A stretch of DNA of 64,000 bases from Escherichia coli (GTDB lineage: Bacteria; Pseudomonadota; Gammaproteobacteria; Enterobacterales; Enterobacteriaceae): the NCBI RefSeq assembly GCF_011045215.1, contig NZ_CP049201.1; one strand, 5' to 3'. Below the pieces are notes generated by a model. That model saw only the letters and a list, made by a program, of their open reading frames with translations. It had not been told where the DNA came from and searched no databases. Shown here piece by piece: positions 1-14,150 of this stretch. Within the stretch, counting starts at the first letter, position 1. Each line of letters opens with the position of its first letter. The position numbers and the translations under genes are program-made.

Positions 1-642
1 AGGACCCAGGAGTGGGTAACGCAGGGGCTTTCCGAAGCGGGTTATGTCATTGATGCCGTTTCTGATGGCAGAGATGGGCTTTATCTTGCGCTGAAGGATG
101 ATTATGCATTGATCATTCTGGATATTATGCTTCCGGGTATGGATGGCTGGCAGATCTTACAAACGTTAAGAACAGCAAAGCAAACCCCTGTTATTTGCCT
201 TACTGCAAGGGATTCTGTCGATGACAGAGTCAGAGGGCTGGATAGTGGAGCAAATGATTATCTGGTAAAACCTTTTTCATTTTCTGAGTTGCTGGCAAGG
301 GTTCGGGCACAATTAAGGCAACATCACGCTTTGAATTCAACATTAGAAATCAGTGGCTTAAGAATGGACTCTGTAAGTCAAAGTGTGAGCAGGGACAATA
401 TCAGTATTACACTGACGCGCAAGGAGTTTCAGTTACTTTGGCTACTGGCCTCCAGAGCTGGCGAAATTATACCCAGAACGGTTATTGCGAGTGAAATTTG
501 GGGAATCAACTTTGATAGTGATACCAATACGGTGGATGTCGCCATTCGCAGGCTCCGCGCAAAAGTTGATGATCCTTTTCCTGAAAAGCTAATCGCCACA
601 ATCCGGGGGATGGGCTATTCATTCGTAGCGGTAAAAAAATAA
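1..642 (+). CDS. hprR: Two-component response regulator HprR/YedW (OmpR family), 5'-partial at window edge
   Basis: Open frame runs from position 1; receiver domain and winged-helix C-terminus; directly followed by the sensor kinase gene with overlapping stop/start. Confidence 0.85.
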   Translation, partial: RTQEWVTQGLSEAGYVIDAVSDGRDGLYLALKDDYALIILDIMLPGMDGWQILQTLRTAKQTPVICLTARDSVDDRVRGLDSGANDYLVKPFSFSELLARVRAQLRQHHALNSTLEISGLRMDSVSQSVSRDNISITLTRKEFQLLWLLASRAGEIIPRTVIASEIWGINFDSDTNTVDVAIRRLRAKVDDPFPEKLIATIRGMGYSFVAVKK

Positions 643-2000
643 TGAAAAGATTATCTATAACCGTCCGTTTAACCTTGCTTTTTATATTGCTGCTGTCTGT
701 TGCTGGCGCTGGAATTGTCTGGACTCTCTATAATGGCCTGGCAAGTGAGTTGAAATGGCGCGATGATACAACACTCATTAACCGGACAGCACAGATCAAG
801 CAGTTGTTAATTGATGGGGTAAATCCAGATACGTTACCTGTATACTTTAACCGGATGATGGATGTTAGTCAGGATATCTTGATCATTCATGGTGATGGCA
901 TCAATAAAATTGTTAACCGGACAAATGTCAGTGATGACATGTTAAATAACATACCTGCTAGTGAGACAATCAGCGCAGCTGGCATTTACAGAAGCATTAT
1001 TAATGATACTGAGATTGATGCTTTACGAATTAATATTGATGAAGTTTCGCCATCATTAACGGTTACTGTGGCTAAATTGGCTTCAGCCAGACATAACATG
1101 CTTGAACAGTATAAAATTAATAGCATTATAATTTGCATTGTCGCCATTGTACTTTGCTCAGTATTAAGTCCGCTGTTAATCAGAACGGGATTACGAGAGA
1201 TCAAAAAGTTGAGTGGTGTAACGGAAGCGCTGAATTATAACGATAGCCGGGAGCCTGTTGAGGTTAGCGCATTACCGAGAGAACTAAAACCTCTTGGGCA
1301 GGCGTTGAATAAAATGCATCATGCTTTAGTCAAAGATTTTGAGCGTCTAAGTCAATTTGCTGACGATCTCGCTCATGAACTTAGAACGCCCATTAATGCA
1401 TTACTGGGTCAGAATCAGGTTACGCTCAGTCAAACCAGAAGTATCGCTGAATATCAAAAAACAATTGCCGGTAACATTGAAGAGCTGGAAAATATTTCGC
1501 GGTTAACAGAGAACATACTGTTTCTTGCCCGGGCAGATAAAAACAATGTTTTGGTGAAACTGGACTCGCTTTCTCTCAATAAGGAAGTCGAAAATTTGTT
1601 GGATTATCTTGAATACCTTTCAGACGAGAAAGAGATTTGCTTTAAGGTCGAGTGCAATCAGCAAATCTTTGCGGATAAAATTTTACTGCAACGAATGTTA
1701 TCGAATCTTATTGTTAATGCCATTAGATATTCACCAGAAAAATCGCGTATTCATATAACCAGTTTTCTTGATACCAACGGCTATCTTAATATTGATGTCG
1801 CCAGTCCTGGAACGAAAATTCATGAGCCTGAAAAACTCTTCCGTAGATTTTGGCGGGGAGATAATTCGCGTCATTCCGTAGGTCAGGGACTTGGTCTTTC
1901 TTTAGTCAAAGCGATTGCCGAATTACATGGGGGAAGTGCTACGTATCACTATCTCAATAAGCATAATGTGTTCCGGATTATGTTACCGCAAAGAAATTAA
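642..2000 (+). CDS. hprS: Sensor histidine kinase HprS/YedV
   Basis: 452 aa; N-terminal TM segments, H-box HELRTPINAL, HATPase motifs; coupled to upstream regulator. Confidence 0.88.
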   Translation: MKRLSITVRLTLLFILLLSVAGAGIVWTLYNGLASELKWRDDTTLINRTAQIKQLLIDGVNPDTLPVYFNRMMDVSQDILIIHGDGINKIVNRTNVSDDMLNNIPASETISAAGIYRSIINDTEIDALRINIDEVSPSLTVTVAKLASARHNMLEQYKINSIIICIVAIVLCSVLSPLLIRTGLREIKKLSGVTEALNYNDSREPVEVSALPRELKPLGQALNKMHHALVKDFERLSQFADDLAHELRTPINALLGQNQVTLSQTRSIAEYQKTIAGNIEELENISRLTENILFLARADKNNVLVKLDSLSLNKEVENLLDYLEYLSDEKEICFKVECNQQIFADKILLQRMLSNLIVNAIRYSPEKSRIHITSFLDTNGYLNIDVASPGTKIHEPEKLFRRFWRGDNSRHSVGQGLGLSLVKAIAELHGGSATYHYLNKHNVFRIMLPQRN

Positions 2001-2040
2001 CATAGGGCTTCAGTACGCCATAAATCAACCATGAAAAAAC

Positions 2041-2075
2041 GCAGCCACGTCGTGAGTATTAACGTGGCTGCGATT
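2041..2075. terminator. Hairpin between convergent hprS and hchA (gcagccacg...cgtggctgc)
   Basis: Inverted repeat directly after hprS stop in a convergent intergenic region. Confidence 0.5.
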
Positions 2076-2107
2076 GATTATGCGTTTACATTCAAACGTA
2101 ACAGGGA

Positions 2108-2959
2108 TTAATCCGCATAAGCTGCCAGCATTTCCTGCGCCGCCAGTTTACCCAACGCATTCGCTGCGAAAGGACTGTCGCCGGTGAGAACTTTACGGTC
2201 CTTATGTACTCGCCCGGTGATGTCGTCATTAATAATGTTCATGCCCATTTTCTTCAGCTCTTCGCCGAAGTACCAGGTGAGATGACCCGGCATATAGCCT
2301 ATCTCTGGCGTTTGTTTGTCTGCGGCGTCTGGGAATGCGCAAATGGAATAACCATTCAGTGGGTTATCGCCGTGGCGAAGCGCCAGAAAAGCCGCCGGGC
2401 CGTGGCAAAGGGAGATAACAAAACGGTCATTTTTGATTGCCCACTGCAAAGCAGCAGCTACGTCCTGGCTTTCTGGTAAACCAATAAGTGCGCCATGACC
2501 ACCAGGAACAAAGATTGCTGCATATTCGCTATCAGCGTTGAGGCTGGCGACAACATCCGCGAGTTTCTTCGGATTGCGGAACAACGATTTATGCTGCTCA
2601 AAGAATGGCATTACTTTTTCATCTTTGTGCGGCATAGCCCAGTATTCAAACTTGGTCATCAGACCGGAAATGGTCGCCACTTCGAATTCGAAACCTGCAG
2701 CATGGAGATGATACAACGGCAGCAACGTTTCAATCGGATGGTTACCGGTCGAGAACAGTTTTCCGTTATCGGTTGGCAAATAACGTTCGTCCGCGGCGAT
2801 CACCAGAATTTTATGCTTACCGCGATACGGTTTTGGATAGTCCACGCCATCAAGATCAGAGACGGGACTGGTATATTGGCTAAGCGAATATTCTGAAGGG
2901 AAGAATGCATTATCTTCAGCAATATCGACCTGCGGATTTTTACTTGTTTGAACAGTCAT
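2108..2959 (-). CDS. hchA: Hsp31 / glyoxalase III (DJ-1/PfpI family)
   Basis: 283 aa; MTVQTSKNPQVD N-terminus and DJ-1-type catalytic Cys context; conserved position. Confidence 0.93.
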   Translation of the reverse strand: MTVQTSKNPQVDIAEDNAFFPSEYSLSQYTSPVSDLDGVDYPKPYRGKHKILVIAADERYLPTDNGKLFSTGNHPIETLLPLYHLHAAGFEFEVATISGLMTKFEYWAMPHKDEKVMPFFEQHKSLFRNPKKLADVVASLNADSEYAAIFVPGGHGALIGLPESQDVAAALQWAIKNDRFVISLCHGPAAFLALRHGDNPLNGYSICAFPDAADKQTPEIGYMPGHLTWYFGEELKKMGMNIINDDITGRVHKDRKVLTGDSPFAANALGKLAAQEMLAAYAD

Positions 2960-3549
2960 AGTGTATTCCTTATTGTTGCTTAGTTAGGGTAGTCACTATA
3001 TTTGCGACTGAGCTGGTCGCTATTTTTAACCAGTCTGGAAAATTGAGTCAATATATCGAAAGCGGTAGTCGGCGGGTGTAAGTATGTAATGATGATGCTG
3101 CACTGGTGTTGAATATTATTCACGCCAAATTTTCCTTATTGAGCAACGTCGTCGCAAGTGGCCTCAATGATTTTAGACCATTATCAAAGGTACGGGGCGG
3201 CGGGGAGAGATTTAGTGCTGTGAAATATTGTGGTACTGATGAATATTTATATCGCGGATTGGTAGAGAAAAGATTATTTCATGCACTATTTTTGCAAATA
3301 TTTCTATATGGGAAGCGTGTTTGTTACGGATTAATTCATAAAGAAATGCATTTGGGTGTTGGTTTGAAGAGTCGCTGGTTGATGTTATTGTGCCAGGAGG
3401 GGCAGGGTAAGGTGCTGTATCGATATGCATTGGCAATTGCGTGTGCCGCAGATGGAGATGAAATGCCAATAAAAAAGCCTGAATTCGATGAGGGACGAAC
3501 TCAGGCTAGTGTTTAGTTTTACAGTAACACGCCGCAGCACGTTGGCTGA

Positions 3550-4713
3550 TTAGAACTGGTAGACTAAGCCCACACCAACAACGTCATCTGTTGCGATGCC
3601 ATTGTTGTCATAGAAATCGTCATCTTTATCCAACAAGTTTATTTTATAGTCAACATATGTTGAGAAGTTCTTATTGAAATAGTAGGTCGCTCCAATTTCA
3701 ACATAGTTGACCAGATCCTGATCAACATACTCTTGATGACCATTGTTGTTATAGTCGTTACCGCCGAGGTCTTTGCCTTTTGAATAAACATATGCAAGAG
3801 ATGGGCGCAGACCAAAATCGAACTGATACTGTGCTACAGCTTCAACGTTCTGGGTTTTATTTGCGATACCCACATTACCATATGGTGTCATATTGCGGGT
3901 TTCAGCATACATCATTGCAAGATAAACATTGTTGGCGTCGTATTTTGCACCAAATGTCCATGCTTCAGCTGTATCACCACCAGCAAATTTGCTGTATTCA
4001 TTGTAGTGATACCCGCCAAGAGCTACTTGAGAATTGGTACGGTCAGAGTTTGAGTAAGCGGCACCTAAGCTCAAACCGAAGTCAAAGTCATATGAAGTGG
4101 AAAGACCAAAACCATCACCGTTCTGGAAGCGAACGTCTTCGTGACCATTTTTAGTACCTTCTTGATCTTCTCCTGCATTGCTGCCTTCGTTGTTACCTTG
4201 ATACTGCAATGCAAAGTTCAGACCTTCCACCAGACCGAAGAAATCACTATTGCGGTAAGTAGCTACCCCATTTGCACGGCCTGCCATGAAGTTATCAGTC
4301 CAGGTATAGGAGTCGCCGCCGAATACAGGAAGCATATCTGTCCAGGCTTCAACGTCGTAAATCACACCATAGTTACGACCATAGTCAAAGGAGCCCATCT
4401 CGCCGAACTTCAGACCTGCAAAAGCAAGTTTGACATAAGTATTATCAGAACCTTCAGTGTCGCTAGCCTTTGTTTTGGTCAGTGCTTGACCATAACCAGT
4501 TAACTGATCTGTAATTTGGGTCTCACCTTTGAAGCCTAACTCGATGATAGTTTCATCGCCGTCATCGCCAGGGTTATCGGAAAAAGTATGACGAGCATCA
4601 ACTTTTCCGTACAGATCCAGTTTATTGCCATTTTTATTATAAATTTCAGCCGCATTTGCTGCGCCAGCAACTAATAACGCCGGGACCAGCATTGCCAGAA
4701 CTTTTCTTTTCAT
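3550..4713 (-). CDS. OmpC/OmpF-family outer membrane porin (yedS-like), apparently intact
   Basis: Start taken at internal ATG 4713 ([21 protein letters not shown] signal peptide); 387 aa; C-terminal ...VGLVYQF; AT-rich promoter region upstream. Confidence 0.85.
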   Translation of the reverse strand: MKRKVLAMLVPALLVAGAANAAEIYNKNGNKLDLYGKVDARHTFSDNPGDDGDETIIELGFKGETQITDQLTGYGQALTKTKASDTEGSDNTYVKLAFAGLKFGEMGSFDYGRNYGVIYDVEAWTDMLPVFGGDSYTWTDNFMAGRANGVATYRNSDFFGLVEGLNFALQYQGNNEGSNAGEDQEGTKNGHEDVRFQNGDGFGLSTSYDFDFGLSLGAAYSNSDRTNSQVALGGYHYNEYSKFAGGDTAEAWTFGAKYDANNVYLAMMYAETRNMTPYGNVGIANKTQNVEAVAQYQFDFGLRPSLAYVYSKGKDLGGNDYNNNGHQEYVDQDLVNYVEIGATYYFNKNFSTYVDYKINLLDKDDDFYDNNGIATDDVVGVGLVYQF

Positions 4714-5279
4714 TATGTATTCCCTTGTGATTATAATCTTCATGAATATATCAATAAGTGCCGTTATCCAAAAAAAAAGCACATTTGGATACTATTCTAT
4801 GAAGTTCATTTTATTTTAAAGATTACATGTAACAAATGTATTTAAAAGATTTCAAAATGCTTCTAATCTATTTAATATAATTCAGAATTATGAATTCTAA
4901 ATATAAACATTCATGAAAATTATAAATGTATATCAATATATTATGAGTTGAATGGAAAGATAGGGAGTATCAATGATTGTTGCGCCAAACGGCAGGCGTG
5001 ATCACGCGCACATTAATGAAGGTATAAAAAAAGCCGGCATCATGCCGGCCCAAAAAATATAAACAAGACGATAAAAGGCTAATAACGGGGTTATCATGAC
5101 ACAGAAATCAAAAAAGGTATAATTGTATTCAGTGCTAATATATTGTTTGGGTGAATTAATAAAACTATTACCAAGGATATAAATAAATCTTTATTGCTGT
5201 TTTTCCAGTAATTATTGCCGTTGCGCAAAATTTATCTATTTGTTCAAAAAATGATTGAGTCTCGACTGGCTCATCCAAT

Positions 5280-5645
5280 GTGGAAAAATGTGACTTTTAT
5301 CACATAATAGTACTAAGTCTGAATTTTCCGGGTTATCTCAAAATGGAATACGGTTCGACAAAGATGGAAGAGAGACTCTCTCGCAGCCCTGGCGGCAAAT
5401 TGGCTTTGTGGGCTTTCTATACATGGTGTGGCTATTTCGTCTGGGCAATGGCGCGTTACATCTGGGTGATGAGCCGGATCCCCGATGCCCCCGTGTCGGG
5501 ATTTGAAAGCGATTTAGGCTCTACCGCGGGAAAGTGGTTAGGGGCACTGGTCGGATTTTTATTTATGGCTCTGGTCGGGGCATTGTTAGGCAGCATTGCC
5601 TGGTACACCCGACCTCGTCCCGCACGTAGCAGACGCTATGAATAA
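5280..5645 (+). CDS. yedR: Small inner membrane protein (YedR-like)
   Basis: 121 aa ORF with two hydrophobic segments in the conserved position before yedJ; start codon uncertain. Confidence 0.6.
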   Translation: MEKCDFYHIIVLSLNFPGYLKMEYGSTKMEERLSRSPGGKLALWAFYTWCGYFVWAMARYIWVMSRIPDAPVSGFESDLGSTAGKWLGALVGFLFMALVGALLGSIAWYTRPRPARSRRYE

Positions 5646-5684
5646 AAACTGCTAAGGTGGCGACTCTTTGGCAACGGAGCGCGT

Positions 5685-6380
5685 ATGGACTTACAACACT
5701 GGCAGGCACAGTTCGAAAACTGGTTGAAAAACCATCATCAGCACCAGGACGCGGCCCATGACGTGTGTCATTTTCGCCGCGTCTGGGCTACGGCACAGAA
5801 GCTGGCGGCAGATGACGATGTCGATATGCTGGTGATTTTAACCGCCTGTTATTTTCACGATATTGTGAGCCTGGCGAAAAATCATCCGCAAAGGCAGCGT
5901 TCTTCAATCCTGGCGGCAGAAGAGACGCGTCGCCTGCTCCGTGAAGAGTTCGAGCAATTTCCGGCGGAGAAAATCGAGGCCGTTTGTCATGCCATTGCCG
6001 CTCACAGTTTCAGCGCGCAAATCGCCCCCTTAACAACGGAAGCTAAAATCGTCCAGGATGCGGATCGGCTGGAAGCCCTGGGGGCGATTGGCCTGGCGCG
6101 CGTGTTTGCCGTTTCAGGGGCATTGGGCGTGGCGCTGTTTGATGGTGAAGATCCGTTCGCACAGCATCGCCCGCTTGATGATAAACGCTACGCGCTGGAT
6201 CATTTCCAGACTAAGTTGCTGAAGCTACCGCAAACCATGCAAACCGCAAGAGGCAAGCAGCTGGCGCAGCACAACGCGCATTTTTTAGTCGAGTTTATGG
6301 CGAAGCTCAGTGCCGAACTGGCGGGGGAGAATGAAGGTGTCGATCACAAGGTGATAGATGCGTTTTCACCCGCGGGATAA
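5685..6380 (+). CDS. yedJ: HD-domain phosphohydrolase YedJ
   Basis: 231 aa; HD motif (CYFHDI); conserved position upstream of dcm. Confidence 0.88.
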   Translation: MDLQHWQAQFENWLKNHHQHQDAAHDVCHFRRVWATAQKLAADDDVDMLVILTACYFHDIVSLAKNHPQRQRSSILAAEETRRLLREEFEQFPAEKIEAVCHAIAAHSFSAQIAPLTTEAKIVQDADRLEALGAIGLARVFAVSGALGVALFDGEDPFAQHRPLDDKRYALDHFQTKLLKLPQTMQTARGKQLAQHNAHFLVEFMAKLSAELAGENEGVDHKVIDAFSPAG

Positions 6381-6446
6381 GCGCGTGGCCCTAAATGGCT
6401 GTAATTATGTTAACCTGTCGGCCATCTCAGATGGCCGGTTAAATCT

Positions 6447-7865
6447 ATGCAGGAAAATATATCAGTAACCGATTCATACAGCACCGGGAATGCCGCACAG
6501 GCAATGCTGGAGAAACTGCTGCAAATTTATGATGTTAAAACGCTGGTGGCGCAGCTTAATGGTGTGGGTGAGAATCACTGGAGCGCGGCAATTTTAAAAC
6601 GTGCGCTGGCGAATGACTCGGCATGGCACCGTTTAAGTGAGAAAGAGTTCGCCCATCTGCAAACGTTGTTACCCAAACCACCGGCACATCATCCGCATTA
6701 TGCGTTTCGCTTTATCGATCTATTTGCCGGAATTGGCGGCATCCGTCGCGGTTTTGAATCGATTGGCGGACAATGCGTGTTTACCAGCGAATGGAACAAA
6801 CATGCGGTACGCACTTATAAAGCCAACCATTATTGCGATCCGGCGACGCATCATTTTAATGAAGATATCCGCGATATCACCCTCAGCCATAAAGAAGGCG
6901 TGAGTGATGAGGCGGTGGCGGAACATATTCGTCAACACATTCCTGAACACGATGTTTTACTGGCCGGTTTCCCTTGTCAGCCATTTTCGCTGGCTGGCGT
7001 ATCGAAAAAGAACTCGCTCGGGCGGGCGCACGGTTTTGCCTGCGATACTCAGGGCACGCTGTTCTTTGATGTGGTGCGCATTATCGACGCGCGTCGTCCG
7101 GCGATGTTTGTGCTCGAAAACGTCAAAAACCTGAAAAGCCACGACCAGGGTAAAACGTTCCGCATCATCATGCAGACGCTGGACGAACTGGGCTATGACG
7201 TGGCTGATGCAGAAGATAACGGGCCGGACGATCCGAAAATCATCGATGGTAAACATTTTCTGCCGCAGCACCGTGAACGCATCGTGCTGGTGGGTTTTCG
7301 TCGCGATCTTAATCTGAAAGCCGATTTTACTCTGCGTGATATCAGCGAATGTTTCCCTGCACAGCGAGTGACGCTGGCGCAGCTGTTGGACCCGATGGTC
7401 GAGGCGAAATATATCCTGACGCCGGTGCTGTGGAAGTACCTCTATCGATATGCGAAAAAACATCAGGCGCGCGGTAACGGCTTCGGTTATGGAATGGTTT
7501 ATCCGAACAATCCGCAAAGCGTCACGCGTACGCTGTCTGCGCGTTATTACAAAGATGGCGCGGAAATTTTAATCGATCGCGGCTGGGATATGGCCAAAGG
7601 TGAGAAAGACTTTGACGATCCGCTGAATCAGCAACATCGTCCACGTCGGTTAACGCCTCGGGAATGCGCGCGCTTAATGGGTTTTGAAGCGCCGGGAGAA
7701 GCGAAATTCCGCATTCCGGTTTCGGACACTCAGGCCTATCGCCAGTTCGGTAACTCGGTGGTCGTGCCGGTCTTTGCCGCGGTGGCAAAACTGCTTGAGC
7801 CAAAAATCAAACAGGCGGTGGCGTTGCGTCAGCAAGAGGCACAACATGGCCGACGTTCACGATAA
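6447..7865 (+). CDS. dcm: DNA cytosine-5 methyltransferase Dcm (CCWGG)
   Basis: 472 aa; FAGIGG SAM motif, PCQ catalytic motif, ENV motif. Confidence 0.95.
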   Translation: MQENISVTDSYSTGNAAQAMLEKLLQIYDVKTLVAQLNGVGENHWSAAILKRALANDSAWHRLSEKEFAHLQTLLPKPPAHHPHYAFRFIDLFAGIGGIRRGFESIGGQCVFTSEWNKHAVRTYKANHYCDPATHHFNEDIRDITLSHKEGVSDEAVAEHIRQHIPEHDVLLAGFPCQPFSLAGVSKKNSLGRAHGFACDTQGTLFFDVVRIIDARRPAMFVLENVKNLKSHDQGKTFRIIMQTLDELGYDVADAEDNGPDDPKIIDGKHFLPQHRERIVLVGFRRDLNLKADFTLRDISECFPAQRVTLAQLLDPMVEAKYILTPVLWKYLYRYAKKHQARGNGFGYGMVYPNNPQSVTRTLSARYYKDGAEILIDRGWDMAKGEKDFDDPLNQQHRPRRLTPRECARLMGFEAPGEAKFRIPVSDTQAYRQFGNSVVVPVFAAVAKLLEPKIKQAVALRQQEAQHGRRSR

Positions 7866-8316
7866 GGCCACTCGCAGCAAAAATATGCGCGCGATTGCCA
7901 CGCGTGATACGGCGATTGAGAAGCGCCTCGCCAGTCTGTTAACCGGGCAGGGCCTGGCGTTTCGCGTTCAGGACGCCAGTCTGCCCGGTCGCCCGGATTT
8001 TGTCGTTGATGAATATCGCTGCGTGATATTTACCCATGGCTGCTTCTGGCATCATCATCACTGCTATCTGTTTAAAGTGCCTGCGACTCGAACCGAGTTC
8101 TGGCTGGAGAAGATAGGTAAAAATGTTGAACGCGATCGCCGCGATATCAGTCGTTTGCAGGAACTCGGCTGGCGCGTACTGATTGTCTGGGAGTGTGCAT
8201 TACGTGGGCGCGAGAAGCTGACGGATGAAGCGCTTACCGAGCGTCTGGAAGAGTGGATCTGCGGCGAAGGTGCCAGCGCGCAGATCGACACGCAGGGGAT
8301 TCATTTACTCGCTTGA
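7846..8316 (+). CDS. vsr: Very-short-patch repair endonuclease Vsr
   Basis: Start at ATG 7846 ([17 protein letters not shown]...), 156 aa; overlaps the 3' end of dcm in another frame, the classical dcm-vsr arrangement. Confidence 0.93.
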   Translation: MADVHDKATRSKNMRAIATRDTAIEKRLASLLTGQGLAFRVQDASLPGRPDFVVDEYRCVIFTHGCFWHHHHCYLFKVPATRTEFWLEKIGKNVERDRRDISRLQELGWRVLIVWECALRGREKLTDEALTERLEEWICGEGASAQIDTQGIHLLA

Positions 8317-9225
8317 TGCGTCCTGAATCACTGGCGCAACTACGGGTTTTGCCGGGAAGAGATATTTTCCCAACGTGACCAGTACCACCGCGAAGACAAT
8401 TACGCCGAGCGCCAGCCATTCAATCTTCGACAGCGTTTCTCCGCCCAGTCCCGTACCCAGCAAGACCGCGACCACCGGGTTAACGTAGGCGTAGCTGGTG
8501 GCGAGAGCCGGACTGACGTTGCGGATTAAATACATATAAGCGTTAATGGCGATAATCGAACCAAACAGCGCCAGATAGCCGACCGCAAGGAAGCCTGAAA
8601 GGGAAGGGAGTGCCGTCAGTTTTTCACCTGCAATCATCGACGCGATCATTAACACCACGCCTGCCGCCAGCATCTCAATCGCACCCGCCATCATCCCTAC
8701 AGGTAAGGTAATGCGCGAGCCATAAACCGAGCCAAACGCCCAGCTAATCGAGCCGATTAAAATCAGAATCGCGCCCCACGGATTGCCGCTTAAATTTCCA
8801 CCGCTATTGAGCATGATGATTCCGGCAAGCCCAATGGCGATACCCACCCATTCCAGTTTGCGCGTTTTAATGCCAAACAGGCGGCTGAAGCACAGGGTAA
8901 AGAGGGGCACGGTTGCAACCACAACGGCGGCGATGCCGGAAGGAACATTTTGATGCTCGGCAACCGTCACCATGCCATTACCGACAGCCAGCAATAACAG
9001 GCCAATCACCGCGGCATTGAGCAGCGGACGTAGCGGGGGGAGTTTGTGTCCGCGCAGTAGCAAAAATGCCAGCAATAAAATACCGGCTGCCAGGAATCGA
9101 ACGCCCGCCATCATTAACGGAGGCCAGCTTTCCACGCCAATCCGAATGACAAAATAGGTTGAGCCCCAAATGATATACAACGCAAACAGCGCGCCAAAAA
9201 GCGGTAACAACTGGCGGAAACGCAT
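8305..9225 (-). CDS. yedA: EamA/DMT-family inner membrane transporter YedA
   Basis: 306 aa, ~10 TM segments, duplicated EamA domains. Confidence 0.88.
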   Translation of the reverse strand: MRFRQLLPLFGALFALYIIWGSTYFVIRIGVESWPPLMMAGVRFLAAGILLLAFLLLRGHKLPPLRPLLNAAVIGLLLLAVGNGMVTVAEHQNVPSGIAAVVVATVPLFTLCFSRLFGIKTRKLEWVGIAIGLAGIIMLNSGGNLSGNPWGAILILIGSISWAFGSVYGSRITLPVGMMAGAIEMLAAGVVLMIASMIAGEKLTALPSLSGFLAVGYLALFGSIIAINAYMYLIRNVSPALATSYAYVNPVVAVLLGTGLGGETLSKIEWLALGVIVFAVVLVTLGKYLFPAKPVVAPVIQDASSE

Positions 9226-9397
9226 AATCCCTCACGGTGGAAATAAAAAGGTGGTTCATAGTAAACGTGAAAATCATTCTGCTGGCGAGAGATATAATTG
9301 CACTTGATTGTTAAAAAAATGTTGACCTGTGAAGCAAGTATCAGAGCTGCCGTTTTTGCTTCATACTTACACCCTTCAACAATAAAAATGAGAGGGA

Positions 9398-10315
9398 ATG
9401 CTTTTGGCCGGGAGTAGTTTACTGACGTTGCTCGATGATATCGCCACACTGCTGGACGATATCTCCGTGATGGGCAAACTGGCGGCGAAGAAAACCGCCG
9501 GTGTATTAGGGGATGACTTATCGCTCAATGCGCAACAAGTTTCAGGCGTGCGGGCCAACCGGGAACTTCCCGTGGTCTGGGGCGTGGCGAAAGGATCGCT
9601 GATTAATAAAGTGATTCTGGTGCCGCTGGCGCTGATCATCAGTGCGTTTATCCCGTGGGCGATTACGCCTCTGTTGATGATTGGTGGCGCGTTTCTCTGC
9701 TTTGAAGGAGTAGAGAAAGTGCTGCATATGCTGGAGGCGCGTAAACATAAAGAAGATCCGGCGCAGAGCCAGCAGCGTCTGGAGAAGCTGGCGGCGCAGG
9801 ATCCGCTGAAGTTTGAAAAGGACAAAATAAAAGGGGCGATTCGTACCGATTTTATATTGTCTGCCGAAATCGTCGCCATCACGCTGGGGATTGTGGCCGA
9901 AGCGCCGTTGCTTAATCAGGTGCTGGTGCTTTCAGGCATCGCGCTGGTAGTGACCGTGGGCGTCTACGGTCTGGTAGGGGTTATCGTTAAGATTGATGAC
10001 CTGGGGTATTGGCTGGCGGAAAAATCCAGCGCGCTGATGCAGGCATTAGGTAAAGGGTTATTGATCATTGCGCCCTGGCTGATGAAAGCGTTATCGATTG
10101 TCGGCACGCTGGCGATGTTCCTCGTCGGCGGTGGGATTGTGGTACATGGAATTGCGCCGCTGCATCACGCCATTGAACATTTCGCCGGGCAGCAAAGTGC
10201 AGTGGTGGCGATGATATTACCGACTGTTTTAAATCTGATTCTTGGATTTATCATCGGCGGCATCGTGGTGCTGGGAGTGAAAGCCGTAGCGAAAATACGC
10301 GGTCAGGCACATTAA
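9398..10315 (+). CDS. yedI: DUF808 inner membrane protein YedI
   Basis: 305 aa polytopic membrane protein in conserved position. Confidence 0.85.
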   Translation: MLLAGSSLLTLLDDIATLLDDISVMGKLAAKKTAGVLGDDLSLNAQQVSGVRANRELPVVWGVAKGSLINKVILVPLALIISAFIPWAITPLLMIGGAFLCFEGVEKVLHMLEARKHKEDPAQSQQRLEKLAAQDPLKFEKDKIKGAIRTDFILSAEIVAITLGIVAEAPLLNQVLVLSGIALVVTVGVYGLVGVIVKIDDLGYWLAEKSSALMQALGKGLLIIAPWLMKALSIVGTLAMFLVGGGIVVHGIAPLHHAIEHFAGQQSAVVAMILPTVLNLILGFIIGGIVVLGVKAVAKIRGQAH

Positions 10316-10393
10316 TACTCGCACAGGCTATTATGCAAAATTCGCCATCTTCAACTAAGGTGAACAAGTTTCACTCGAAAAAAGGAGGCGAGT

Positions 10394-10576
10394 ATGAGCT
10401 TTATGGTTAGCGAGGAAGTTACGGTTAAAGAGGGCGGCCCGCGGATGATTGTCACTGGATACTCCAGCGGTATGGTTGAGTGTCGTTGGTATGACGGTTA
10501 CGGGGTCAAGCGGGAAGCTTTTCATGAAACCGAGCTTGTTCCGGGGGAGGGGAGTCGTTCTGCGGAAGAAGTTTGA
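10394..10576 (+). CDS. yodC: Small protein YodC
   Basis: 60 aa; GGAGG RBS upstream; palindromic hairpin downstream (10596-10628). Confidence 0.8.
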   Translation: MSFMVSEEVTVKEGGPRMIVTGYSSGMVECRWYDGYGVKREAFHETELVPGEGSRSAEEV

Positions 10577-10746
10577 AAGGGTATCATTAACACCAGGCCG
10601 GATCACATCCGGCCTGGTGTGCCAATGCCTGCAATGAATGATAGTCGCGTCTTATCATGCCACCATTATAAAATTATCGCTGTTTTGCGGTACGCTATCG
10701 CCAGGTTATGCCAGAATCATAAAAAAGCAGGTTGGGAGTCGTCAGG

Positions 10747-13261
<2,515 letters not shown>

Positions 13262-13440
13262 TTACCAGGATGATTCTCAAAACAGCACAAATAATCAAAG
13301 ATGATTTTTTCGGGAGCGATCCCGTTGACGCCAGAGCCACCAAGGGGTGACGCACGTCACATTTCTATTCATAAGTAGCGTTAATCATTCATATCGCGAA
13401 TATTTTCTTGTCAGCGAAAAAAATTGCGGATAAGGTGATG

Positions 13441-13527
13441 AACACATCAGATTTCCTGGTGTAACGAATTTTTTAAGTGCTTCTTGCTTAAGCAAGTTTC
13501 ATCCCGCCCCCCTCAGGGTCGGGATTT
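13441..13527 (+). ncRNA. dsrA: DsrA small regulatory RNA (Hfq-dependent; rpoS activator / hns repressor)
   Basis: Sequence AACACATCAGATTTCCTGGTGTAACGAATTTTTTAAGTGCTTCTTGCTTAAGCAAGTTTC... matches DsrA as I recall it; ends in GC-rich hairpin plus T-run; lies between yedP and yodD. Confidence 0.85.
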
Positions 13528-13540
13528 TTTTATTGTGCAT

Positions 13541-13771
13541 TCAACGATTCACTTCAGAGACGCTGAAGTCATGAATATCCAGTTCGAAGGCATCCGCCAA
13601 TTCACGCCATGTATGATATTCACGTCCATCGACGCTAACGTGTTCAGAATCGTTCTGGCTGCGATGAACTATTTCATTGATCGCCGCCAGCAGGGCATCG
13701 ACATCGACGCTGACCTCACGTTTTGCGGTATCGCTGTACTCTTTTGCGGTTTTCATCATCTTTCCTCGCAA
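13541..13771 (-). CDS. yodD: Stress-induced small protein YodD
   Basis: 76 aa ORF in conserved position; true start may be an internal Met. Confidence 0.75.
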   Translation of the reverse strand: MRGKMMKTAKEYSDTAKREVSVDVDALLAAINEIVHRSQNDSEHVSVDGREYHTWRELADAFELDIHDFSVSEVNR

Positions 13772-13828
13772 CCGTTACTCTGTTGTTGCCGCCAGTCGTT
13801 AAGTCCGCCTGGCATCTCTTAAGTATAG

Positions 13829-14107
<279 letters not shown>

Positions 14108-14150
14108 TCTTATTCAGCCTGACTGGTGGGAAACCACCAGTCAGAATGTG

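Noticed and set aside
3106-3516. 136-aa ORF in the hchA-porin intergenic region
   Set aside because: No recognisable domain, no convincing RBS, sits in a promoter-rich AT-biased intergenic region; likely spurious.
9376-9882. 168-aa minus-strand ORF
   Set aside because: Antisense to yedI; Ser/Cys-rich low-complexity sequence; spurious.
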